Source: an uncultured virus (IMG/VR IMGVR_UViG_3300028840_003545) (lineage: Duplodnaviria > Heunggongvirae > Uroviricota > Caudoviricetes). Taken from it: 20,000 nt of DNA. The position numbers and the translations under genes were made by a program. Under the pieces are notes generated by a model. The model was not told where the DNA came from, ran no database searches, and was given only the letters and a program-made list of their open reading frames with translations. Positions 7,561-16,229 of the stretch are shown here, piece after piece. Numbering within the stretch: the stretch's first letter is position 1; each line of letters begins with the position of its first letter. The stretch lies in the IMG/VR virus record IMGVR_UViG_3300028840_003545; one strand, 5' to 3'.

Positions 7561-8066
7561 TTTCCACCCTGACCAACATCGGGCATAGAGATAATTGGTT
7601 GAGTATGTATTTCAGCACCAGGAGCCAGATCTTCTATTTTCTCTGCTTCTTTTGGTATATCATCATACTGTGATGCTATACGTTTTGTTTCTTCATCTCT
7701 TGTTGTAACGAGTTTATCTAATCTTTTTTCCCATTCTTCGTTATCCAAAATTAGCTCTGGTTCTTTTAATTTAAGTCCAACCATTGATTCAATTTCATCT
7801 GGCTCTATAGGATTATGAATAGGCTCCCCATCTTCCCAGAATACAACTATCGCTCCGAATTTATCTTCAAATTTTTCTATTCTACCAAAAACTTCTCTCC
7901 AGTTATCTGTTGTTATCTCTTTTACTCCTATAACATCTTTCATATACCATAATACAGCTTCACCTTGTTTTGTAAGGGTTCTTTTACCGTTTTTAGCTCT
8001 AGAATAAAATAGAGACTTGTCAGCCATATCTGTTGTGCTGTGTTTGATATCTTTAGCATCTATCAT
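7557..8066 (-). CDS. Hypothetical acidic protein
   Basis: 169-aa ORF, SD GAGGT upstream. Confidence 0.78.
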   Translation of the reverse strand: MIDAKDIKHSTTDMADKSLFYSRAKNGKRTLTKQGEAVLWYMKDVIGVKEITTDNWREVFGRIEKFEDKFGAIVVFWEDGEPIHNPIEPDEIESMVGLKLKEPELILDNEEWEKRLDKLVTTRDEETKRIASQYDDIPKEAEKIEDLAPGAEIHTQPIISMPDVGQGGK

Positions 8067-8124
8067 TTACTTACCTCTTGTGAACAAATTGGTAACAAAG
8101 TATGATGCATACATGTGTGTGGTG

Positions 8125-8469
8125 TCAACCGTTATCAACCCACGTGTAGACTAGAGCATTCGCAAGTCGCTGAATAGAAACAATTCTTCCATCCTTTGGG
8201 TACAGCGCAGCCCACTCGTCAAACAGAGATTTTTGATTTTTAAACAGTTTTCTTATATGTTCATGAACTTGTGGTATAGTTTCATAACCATAATGAGGTT
8301 GATCTGGTACAGGCATTATATAGTATTTCCATACTAGTTCTCCAGACAGCTTTCTACCAACATGTCTATGTAATGCGTATATCTTGTAAAATCCTATCCT
8401 CATATACATGTATATAAGTATACTATCGTAATATGAGGTTTTACGCACATTTCCGAAAGGATGTTTCAT
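8125..8469 (-). CDS. Hypothetical protein
   Basis: Start reassigned to ATG 8469 (MKHPFG...), which overlaps the upstream stop as ATGA. Confidence 0.65.
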   Translation of the reverse strand: MKHPFGNVRKTSYYDSILIYMYMRIGFYKIYALHRHVGRKLSGELVWKYYIMPVPDQPHYGYETIPQVHEHIRKLFKNQKSLFDEWAALYPKDGRIVSIQRLANALVYTWVDNG

Positions 8470-10523
8470 ATTATCTGATTTGGGTACAGTGTTGAGATTT
8501 TCTCTATGTTTTCTTCGATATTTTCGCCGTCTTTTTGCCAATCTTTAATAGCGTTACCAAAATTCTTCTTTAGTAGGTTTATGAATACGTCAAAAAATGC
8601 AGTAAACATTACGTTAGCAAATTCTTCTGCACTGTCATATTTTACAGTTTTATCTAGTTTACTGTTTACTTTTTCATTTCCGAATCCAGGTAAGGTTATC
8701 TGGTAACATTTCTCTCTTGTATATCCATGGAATAGTACAATTGGAACTTTAGGTGACATTACCATTGCGGATATACCAAAATTATGAACTACAATTTGGG
8801 TCCAAAGTGTTATCGGGTATCTTTTACGTCCTGCTGTAAACCTTAACTCTACAAGACCTACCTTAGCTTCTTTAAACGGCATACTTGGAATCCAAGCATC
8901 TTCAGCTTTCCTTAGTCTTATTGCAGCTGTTCCTCCATACACTTTTCTTTCTTGCTCTATATTGTATTCTATTTCTGATAAGAACTTTCTTTTACAGTCT
9001 AAATATCCAAGCTTCTTTTCTCTTGCTCTATTAAGTTCTCTCTCTTCTTTTTCAGCTTCAGGTAAACCTATCTCAGATTCGTATTCTCTTCTTAGTTGAT
9101 TTCTTTCTGACCAGGTTAAATCTCTTGCTTCATGTTCTAATTTAGATAAGTAAATGTGTAATTTTTTCTTTAATTCTTCAGCTTTATCATATACAGCTTG
9201 TTCTGATGCAGATTTTTTACTGTACATCTTTTCTAGGTCTGCTTCTTTTTGTTTTAGACCATCTGATGTTATATCTCCAATCCATTCTACATTAAATGCA
9301 TATTTTTGGTTAGGTAACTTTTTAGCTTTCTTAGGTGGAGCTTTAGTTCCAGTAGTTACAATTTTACATCTGTTAACTTTAGTTTGTGAAACCCCTTTAT
9401 ATTCTCCGTGTTCTTTAACTGTACACATAAGTGTATGTTTAGAGCCTATAGTTAATTCTGTTATAGCTTTAGACGAATACCATAGTATGGCATTTCCACT
9501 ATCGTCTATCATGTCATACATATGAGTTGTACCACGGAAACCTTTAAAGCTTCTCACTGCTCTTACAGTTACATTTGATACTATCTTCTCTCCTACTTCA
9601 CCTACATGCGTACTAGATTCAGCTTCTATTCCTTTAGCTAAATCTCTGTGATACGCTGGTACCATACTTGCTGCTAGGTATATATCCTTATCTTTTACGT
9701 ACTCTCTCTTTGCTATAACATGTAAGTTCCATAGATAATCAGAACTAGTATTTTCATCTATATTCTTTCCCCATTCTACAGTCTTTTTAGCTGTTTCACG
9801 GTCTGATTCTTTTGGCGTGTACTTACCAGCTATTTTATCTGACCTAATTATGAATGTAGCTACTGTAGCTGTAGGTGCTATCGGTTCTAAGCTTGTTTTA
9901 AAACTTTCATCAGCTTTGCTTTTAGAGACGAATCCAGAAGTTCTAACTACATATGCTACGTACGTTAGATAAAAGTCTAAATAGAAAGCTTTAGCACTAT
10001 CTGCTGCTGCTGATGGGTCAAAGTCACTTTCAGTTTCTAAAAAGTCTTTAATTAACACTAATCCGTCTGCTACGTCTGCTATAGCTGCTGGATTTTGGTG
10101 TCCAGTGAAGTCTTTTAAACATTCTCTTCCAACTTGCTTGTAATCGACACCACCAACTTTTCTTATTAGGAATGTATCTTTTCTACGTCTATTAAGTTTA
10201 CAGTGGTCGCATTTAGCTCCACTTTTTCTGTATTTTTTTGGTATAGGTAGCTTACTTAGTGGTTTTAGAACATTTCCTTCTTCGCTATGTTCTATTTTAC
10301 CAGCAAATTTCCATCCACCAATAGCGGGTAGATTTCCTGCTATAGTTACAGGAATAACTTCTACAACAAATTTATGACCTTTTTGATCTTCTACTCGTTT
10401 AGCTTTAGTTTTTCCTAACTCATAGTCGAATGTTATTCCTAATTTAGATGCTTTATTCTTGAGTCTCTTTAGCTTTTTTACTACGTAGTCTATACGAGAT
10501 TCTGGTATTTCGAATGTGGACAT
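8466..10523 (-). CDS. Large phage protein with Zn-ribbon-like and OB-fold-like domains
   Basis: CDHC..RRRKDTFL..QVGRECLKDF motif, then HVGEVGEK...W...GSKHTLMCTVKEHGEYKGVSQTKVNRCK (OB-fold-like), then a coiled coil. Confidence 0.75.
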   Translation of the reverse strand: MSTFEIPESRIDYVVKKLKRLKNKASKLGITFDYELGKTKAKRVEDQKGHKFVVEVIPVTIAGNLPAIGGWKFAGKIEHSEEGNVLKPLSKLPIPKKYRKSGAKCDHCKLNRRRKDTFLIRKVGGVDYKQVGRECLKDFTGHQNPAAIADVADGLVLIKDFLETESDFDPSAAADSAKAFYLDFYLTYVAYVVRTSGFVSKSKADESFKTSLEPIAPTATVATFIIRSDKIAGKYTPKESDRETAKKTVEWGKNIDENTSSDYLWNLHVIAKREYVKDKDIYLAASMVPAYHRDLAKGIEAESSTHVGEVGEKIVSNVTVRAVRSFKGFRGTTHMYDMIDDSGNAILWYSSKAITELTIGSKHTLMCTVKEHGEYKGVSQTKVNRCKIVTTGTKAPPKKAKKLPNQKYAFNVEWIGDITSDGLKQKEADLEKMYSKKSASEQAVYDKAEELKKKLHIYLSKLEHEARDLTWSERNQLRREYESEIGLPEAEKEERELNRAREKKLGYLDCKRKFLSEIEYNIEQERKVYGGTAAIRLRKAEDAWIPSMPFKEAKVGLVELRFTAGRKRYPITLWTQIVVHNFGISAMVMSPKVPIVLFHGYTREKCYQITLPGFGNEKVNSKLDKTVKYDSAEEFANVMFTAFFDVFINLLKKNFGNAIKDWQKDGENIEENIEKISTLYPNQII

Positions 10524-10525
10524 TA

Positions 10526-13500
10526 TTATCTAGCCTTTTTTAGTGTACGAAGTTTTACACCTAATTTATCAAATACACCCATAGGCTTGAATATTGGTTT
10601 ATGTGATTTAAGTACAGCTATTATATCTTGTACTTGTTTATCTGATGGGAATGGTGGGAATGTTTTATTCATTCTCTTTACATTTGCTATCCATTTAGCT
10701 GTAAATGGTGTAGACATTCCCTCTTCTTTCAGTGCGTCGAAATACTCATCTAAAAACTTGATTGAGCTTCTAGCTACTTCTCTTTGAGATTTGCTATATT
10801 TACCATCCTTAGTTGTTGGTTTTTCTATAGCTTTAGTAGCGGTTTTTTCTTTCTGTAGTTGTGCTACAAACATTTCAGCTACTTTAATATCTGAAGAGTA
10901 TTTTTTAGTTATCAATCCAATACCAGGTATGAAAATTAAAGTTCTTACACCTGGCTGTCCATAAGATACGTATGCATATTTACCAGGGCTTGTAGTTGTG
11001 CCGTCTTTTCTTTTGTAGGCTATGCCTATTCTTTTTATGTCACGTATTTCATTAGTTCTTTCACTACCTTCGAATTCTTTGATAGCCACTGGTGGAGAGA
11101 ATTTATATTCCCATACTTTGTATGTAAGTCTAGGATCTACTTTTCCAGATGGTTGTTTTATATCATTATCTTCGTATACAACTTCTCCCCAGTAAATATC
11201 TTTAAGTGACTTCGTTTTAATAGGAACATAGTCAGGGGGTTCTGTATTACGTTTTTTAGTCTTTTTGCCGATAGGTTTAACCTCTGCCGGTTTATCGTCA
11301 CTAGCAGGAACCTTTTTAGGTCTACCTCTACCTTTCTTAAGCTTCATACTTACCATCAGTGCTTGATATTTGTCATCTAGCTGTTTCCAATAAGTATTCA
11401 GTATACCCTTAAATACATCAGCTAGCTTATCACTTATATCTGTTTCATCTTCAATTTTAGAGCATTCTTCTGTTAGTATTTGTAGATCTATAGGTTCCAA
11501 GTCTGTTGCATTATCTGCTAACCATTTAGACGTTAAAAGAAGGACCCTTTTTTGCTTATTTGTAAATAATGGCTTTTCATCTTTAGGCCAAAGACCTAAG
11601 ACGTCTCTTGTATGATTATCTAATTGACGTCTATGGGTATTTAGTATGGGTAGAGCTATATCCATATCATTATCTTCTAAATATGGTTGAGAAGCTAATG
11701 CCTTACCAGGATAGCTGTTTGGTTTATTAAAACCCATACCATCCTTTTCTTGTGCTCCGTCACATATAGTTGCTAGGTAATTAAGTGCAGAATGAGCTAT
11801 TTGTTTTTGTTCATCTGTATAAGTTTTAGTAGCTACAGTCTTAGCTTTTGGTTTTTCTTCATAATCTTTACTACTAGATATAGCAGAACCTTCTTCTTGT
11901 TCATATGTGGAAGTTGCTTGTATGCCAGCTACTTCGATCTTTTTAACTATATCTTCAGGATCTACGCCTCCCTTTGGAATATCCTTAGCAGGAACACCTA
12001 TCTTGGAATAAAGATCCAATGCACTAGTTATAACCTCCATTTTTTCTACGAACATTCTCGAGATTTTGGCGTCTATAGAATCTGCGTAAACAAGGTGCTG
12101 CACTAGTACATTCTTACGTTGTCCTATTCTATGGGCTCTATCTTCGCCCTGTAGCATTTCAGATGGTACGAATTGAAGCTCTACAAAAACAACCACATTA
12201 GCTTCCGTTAGTGTAATACCAGTATAAGCCGCACTTGTTCCAATGAATACCTTAATAGGAGAATCTTTGTCCTGAAATGTATCGATAGCAACTTGTTTTT
12301 GTTTACTATTCATCTTACCCGTGTAAACTACGGGTTTGTATTTATCTGTGTAAACTTCACCCTTACCTTTTACAGTTTCATGGGTAAAGCCGTATTCAAG
12401 TGCCTCTACAACATCATGATGGTGGGCGAATACGATAATTTTATCTACACCGTTAGACATACTGTCTATAATGTTTTTACAGTGTTCTACTGCTGCTTTA
12501 ACCTTAGCAAGACCGATATCATGTCTGATTTCAGCTATCTCTTCAAAGTCTACTTTTTCCTCTTCCATTGAATTAGCTGCAGCTACAAATTCAGCATCGT
12601 TGTTTGTAACTTCAGCTTTTTCTAATAGTTTTACTAATTTATTACCGCTAGAAGGTAATCTTTTCTTTTCTTCTTCTAGCATTTTCTTTGTTTTTGTATC
12701 TGGTTCTAAAAATACCAGTTGTCTAGTTTTAGCCGGCAATTCGCTTAAAACGTCAGACTTTAATCTTCTTATCATTATAGTAGATCTAAGAAGACTTTCT
12801 AATTGTGGCAGTTTTGAACTACCTTTAACATCTAAAGCTTCTCTGCCGTATCCGATACCTACTTTTTTGGCGCAACAGTACGTGTAAACATATCTTATAT
12901 AATTATTAAATGTGTTAGGATCTAATGTAGAAACCAAAGACCAAAGTTCAACTGGTCTGTTTTTTATTGGTGTACCTGTTAGATATATACGTTTTTTAGC
13001 TACAGTTGCTATCCCATCGTGAAAAGTAAAAGGCTCTTTTAGCTCTTGATATCCAAGGATAGCTCTAGTTCTTTTAGCAGCGGGGTTTTTCAGATTATGA
13101 GCTTCGTCGACAACTTCTCATACAATTTGGTCGTCTTTTTGGTATATCAGCTACTTTATCTACTACAACTGTTTGACATTTTCTAGTTGCAAACTTTTCA
13201 AATTCTCTTTGCCAATTTATCTTAACTGCGGAAGGGCATATTACTAAAACATCTTGGATAGTTGAGTCTACATTGGTTACACCGATTGCTTGAAATGTTT
13301 TACCAAGACCTTGCTCATCAGCTATTAGGGATCCACTTCGTTCTAGTGCCCATTTAATTCCTGCTCTTTGATAGTCTTTAGGTTTAATACCAGGAGGAAC
13401 AGGTACATTTATATCTGCACTGCTAGCTTTAGATTGTTGTATTGTTTCATTGTAAGCATGCAAAAGTTCTGCTGCTAGTCCTGTAGCATATTGATTTAAT

Positions 13501-14036
13501 AGGTTTGCTACGAATATATTTGGCGTCCACCAAGTATTAGGTGGCACCCCGTATCTTTCAGTCATATCTCTCATATATTTAGGAAATTTCTTTTGTCCCT
13601 CTTTGCTTTCTGAATACATAAATCCATAGTTACCCTTGCGACAAATATCGTCTTTATCATACCATACACTCCTAAGAGTTTTGGAATGTATTTTGGAGAA
13701 TTTTGAAGCATAAAAATAAGATAAAGTTGGATCACCACATTCCATATAGCTTATTTCTAATTCAGCAGTTTCTAATTCTTTTTCAAATTCTTTCATTGCC
13801 TCCAATGCTTCTTTATCTGCAAAATTTTGCATTCGTAAGGCAATTTTATAATCTGTTGTATACCATGTCCATTCTGGTACACCTAATCTTTGCGCATAAG
13901 CATTACCAGGCCAAGCAGATGTAAAACCATTTTCTTTTAGAATATAAGGATCGGTACCTTCTTGTTTTGAGCTACCTCTACCTGATTTGGCCCAAAAATA
14001 TTCTTTATTTTTATTGTAGTGGATTGTTATTGCCAT
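10526..14036 (-). pseudogene. SNF2/SMARCAL1-like helicase, disrupted near 13095-13140 (true lesion or assembly error)
   Basis: Frame 1 (14036-13095) has YQ, DEQGLGKT and motif Ia CPSAVKINW. Frame 2, open 13117-10526, has VVDEAH (DEAH at 13097-13108), LTGTP, IRRLKSDVLSELPAK, GITLT and QGEDRAHRIGQ. Confidence 0.85.
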
Positions 14037-14087
14037 TGCGATTTCTTTCTATTCACAAACTAGCTTTGTCGCCCAATTCTGTGAGCG

Positions 14088-14122
14088 ATTATAGCACAAG
14101 ACACTTGACACGTGGCTTGTGT
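14088..14122 (-). promoter_or_regulatory. Extended -10 promoter of the SNF2 operon overlapped by an inverted repeat
   Basis: Minus strand TGTGCTATAAT (14098-14088); dyad CACAAGaCAC-N7-GTGgCTTGTG at 14095-14121. Confidence 0.6.
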
Positions 14123-14219
14123 TCTGAAGGGTAGGAGGGTCAGGGAGCGGCTTTAAAGGGCCGCGAAGGGGGGATTTGAGGCTCTGACGGGGGGTCACGA
14201 CGCAGGATCGTCTAAATAT

Positions 14220-14846
14220 TTACCCGCTATCGTTATCTTCGTCTTCATCTTCCATTTCTTCCATAACGTTTTCTAGCTTACTTACGAGCCACTTTCTAAA
14301 TTCTCTCTCATCATCTTCGTTAAGAAAGGTACCGTTTAGTTCCTTCATCTTTTTCATAACTTCATCAGTATCTTCAACTGCGATTTCTAGTCTTTCTTCA
14401 GCTTTCATTTTTATCTTCCTTTCAAAATGACGGTAAGGGAATTTGAAGCCAAATTTATGAGTTAGATAAAAACGGACTTCATAACTATCTCGTCCGTAGT
14501 TACCTATCATATCTTCTAGCTTCTCTTTAACCCACGAAGCCTGTAAAGCAGGATAAACTGTATGATTGAAGAAATTGTATGCTAAAACATTGTCAAAATC
14601 TGGTCGTCTTATTATCCATTTAACTTCGAGATCTATACCTTCACATAATAGCTCATTTAAAACTTGATTAGCTAGCGACTTGTTATGTGGATACTGTTTA
14701 ACATGTGTAAACCAAAAGCAGTATGGACTACTGGATTGAATGAATCCAGCTCCATGTTTATTTGCTACATGTGTTATAATGGTAATATCATTAGGATTTG
14801 GCTTTTTAGTACCAAATCCGAACATGTGAGCATGAACTTTGATCAT
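14220..14846 (-). CDS. Hypothetical protein; possible internal start at 14408
   Basis: 208-aa ORF; the acidic last 62 aa have their own AAGGA SD and ATG. Confidence 0.65.
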   Translation of the reverse strand: MIKVHAHMFGFGTKKPNPNDITIITHVANKHGAGFIQSSSPYCFWFTHVKQYPHNKSLANQVLNELLCEGIDLEVKWIIRRPDFDNVLAYNFFNHTVYPALQASWVKEKLEDMIGNYGRDSYEVRFYLTHKFGFKFPYRHFERKIKMKAEERLEIAVEDTDEVMKKMKELNGTFLNEDDEREFRKWLVSKLENVMEEMEDEDEDNDSG

Positions 14847-14851
14847 TGTAA

Positions 14852-15058
14852 TTATTCCACCTCAATAGAAGCTTTACGTTCTTCATCTATCATCCATCTA
14901 GCTAAACTACGTAGACAATTATTACAAGATTTATTAATTGCGTATAGCATTTCACCATAAGTTAGATTATGCTTTTGTATAATAGAGTTGATTGATTTTT
15001 CAATCTCTAAAGTTGCAAGATCTGTTATTCTTTCACGCTCATGTCTCGTTAAAGTCAT
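14852..15058 (-). CDS. Hypothetical protein
   Basis: 68-aa ORF, TAATG coupling to the upstream ORF. Confidence 0.7.
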   Translation of the reverse strand: MTLTRHERERITDLATLEIEKSINSIIQKHNLTYGEMLYAINKSCNNCLRSLARWMIDEERKASIEVE

Positions 15059-15174
15059 TACTTTAGTCCTTCTGAAGTTCTAAATATTTTACCTTTATAT
15101 ACAATAGGATATAATGACATGTTACCAAGCCATCCAAACGGAAGAGTTGTTTTAGTGAATGCTATTTCATTCAT
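15058..15174 (-). pseudogene. Truncated NADAR (YbiA-like) family gene
   Basis: Hand translation MNEIAFTKTTLPFGWLGNMSLYPIVYKGKIFRTSEGLK* resembles the NADAR N-terminus (I.F...pyG.lSNf...pi...g..y.TsEh), but stops right after TSE. SD GGAG present. Confidence 0.65.
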
Positions 15175-15323
15175 TTGTAACTCCGTTTTGGCTCCAATTT
15201 AATATTCATTGGAGCACGTAATACTGCGTCCGCTCCGTTGTATCCTAACAACCAACTTAGATACTCTCTATTGGTTTTGAATTGTGGAGCTTGCTTCTGG
15301 ATTTTGTAAGTTTGTTTCTTCAT
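15171..15323 (-). CDS. Small hypothetical protein (50 aa, below the track cut-off)
   Basis: MKKQTYKIQKQAPQFKTNREYLSWLLGYNGADAVLRAPMNIKLEPKRSYK*; AAGGA upstream, ATGA overlap with the next ORF; overlaps the upstream ORF by 56 nt. Confidence 0.5.
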   Translation of the reverse strand: MKKQTYKIQKQAPQFKTNREYLSWLLGYNGADAVLRAPMNIKLEPKRSYK

Positions 15324-15480
15324 ATTTAGTTACATCCTTCATATTTTCTACTTTTACACTTAAGTTGTCTGGAACCCATATAATTAATTCATTAACATCT
15401 AATAATTCTATCTCTGGGTTATCCCATATTAGTTCAGCGAACACATCAAAAAATTTGACTTTATATTTCATTACATTCAC
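15268..15480 (-). CDS. Hypothetical protein
   Basis: 70-aa ORF in the gene train. Confidence 0.6.
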   Translation of the reverse strand: MNVMKYKVKFFDVFAELIWDNPEIELLDVNELIIWVPDNLSVKVENMKDVTKYEETNLQNPEASSTIQNQ

Positions 15481-16012
15481 ATGTATTTCCGTTACATGTT
15501 CCTTTGTAGCCTTTATCTCCTGGAACGTAACAGTTTACGCACCATTGTTGACAAGAATCGTCTTTACATTCTTTAGGTATTGTATGGTGGATACATTTAC
15601 CACCGCTACATGAGTAGTCCATTGATGGACAGTCCATGTAATAGCAACATTCTGGTTCAGGATAGTAGCAACTATTATTTACTACTTCACCTCCAGGAAA
15701 ACATGTTAAGGCTTCTATAGGAGCGTCTACATTAGGTTCGTCTACAGGGGAATCTGTAGTTGAGTCTGTAGCTGAGTCTGTAGCTGAGTCTGTAGCTGAG
15801 TCTGTAGCTGAGTCTGTAGCTGAGTCTGTAGTTGAGTCTGTAGTTGAGTCTGTAGTTGAGTCTGTAGTTGAGTCTGTAGTTGAGTCTGTAGCAGGGGAAT
15901 TTGAGTCTGAGGCGTCAGATGCATTTACATCTAAACCGCTGTAAATGTCTGTAGTAAATTCAGAACCACCACAGCCAAGAAGAATAAACGAGATGGTTAG
16001 TAGTTTTTTCAT
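15461..16012 (-). CDS. Lipoprotein with a Ser/Thr/Asp repeat stalk and Cys-rich C-terminal domain
   Basis: MKK, hydrophobic core and LLGC lipobox; (A/T)TDS x12; many Cys in the last ~80 aa. Confidence 0.82.
   Translation of the reverse strand: MKKLLTISFILLGCGGSEFTTDIYSGLDVNASDASDSNSPATDSTTDSTTDSTTDSTTDSTTDSATDSATDSATDSATDSATDSTTDSPVDEPNVDAPIEALTCFPGGEVVNNSCYYPEPECCYYMDCPSMDYSCSGGKCIHHTIPKECKDDSCQQWCVNCYVPGDKGYKGTCNGNTCECNEI
15753..15892. repeat. 12-bp coding tandem repeat TCTGTAGYTGAG, 11 full units plus 8 bp
   Basis: Order on the plus strand: 1 T-variant, 5 C-variants, 5 T-variants, partial unit. Confidence 0.97.
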
Positions 16013-16016
16013 TTTA

Positions 16017-16229
16017 CTATCCTTTATCTAGTGCTGAGTGTACAGCACTGTTGAATGCCAGGTTAGCATGTACATCTTTATTCATATCATCTTCTGATAT
16101 TTTAGCTAATGAGTGTTGCATTTTTGTTAATGGAATGTTATCATTTAAACAATGATCAGCTAAAATTCTAAGTAGTGTCCTTGTTTCTACAGTATCTTCT
16201 ATTTCTATAGTTATCTTAGACATGATCAA
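16017..16229 (-). CDS. Hypothetical protein
   Basis: 70-aa ORF, ATGA overlap. Confidence 0.65.
   Translation of the reverse strand: MIMSKITIEIEDTVETRTLLRILADHCLNDNIPLTKMQHSLAKISEDDMNKDVHANLAFNSAVHSALDKG

Noticed and set aside
13105..13135. An invertible segment or stop-codon reassignment restoring the SNF2 ORF
   Set aside because: Inverting between CGAC and GTCG removes the TGA but not the frame offset. TGA, TAG and TAA all serve as ordinary stops elsewhere in the window.
15753..15892. Repeat as a CRISPR array, or the alternative-frame (QTQL)n ORF 15742-15924
   Set aside because: Contiguous 12-bp units without spacers; fully explained by the lipoprotein frame.
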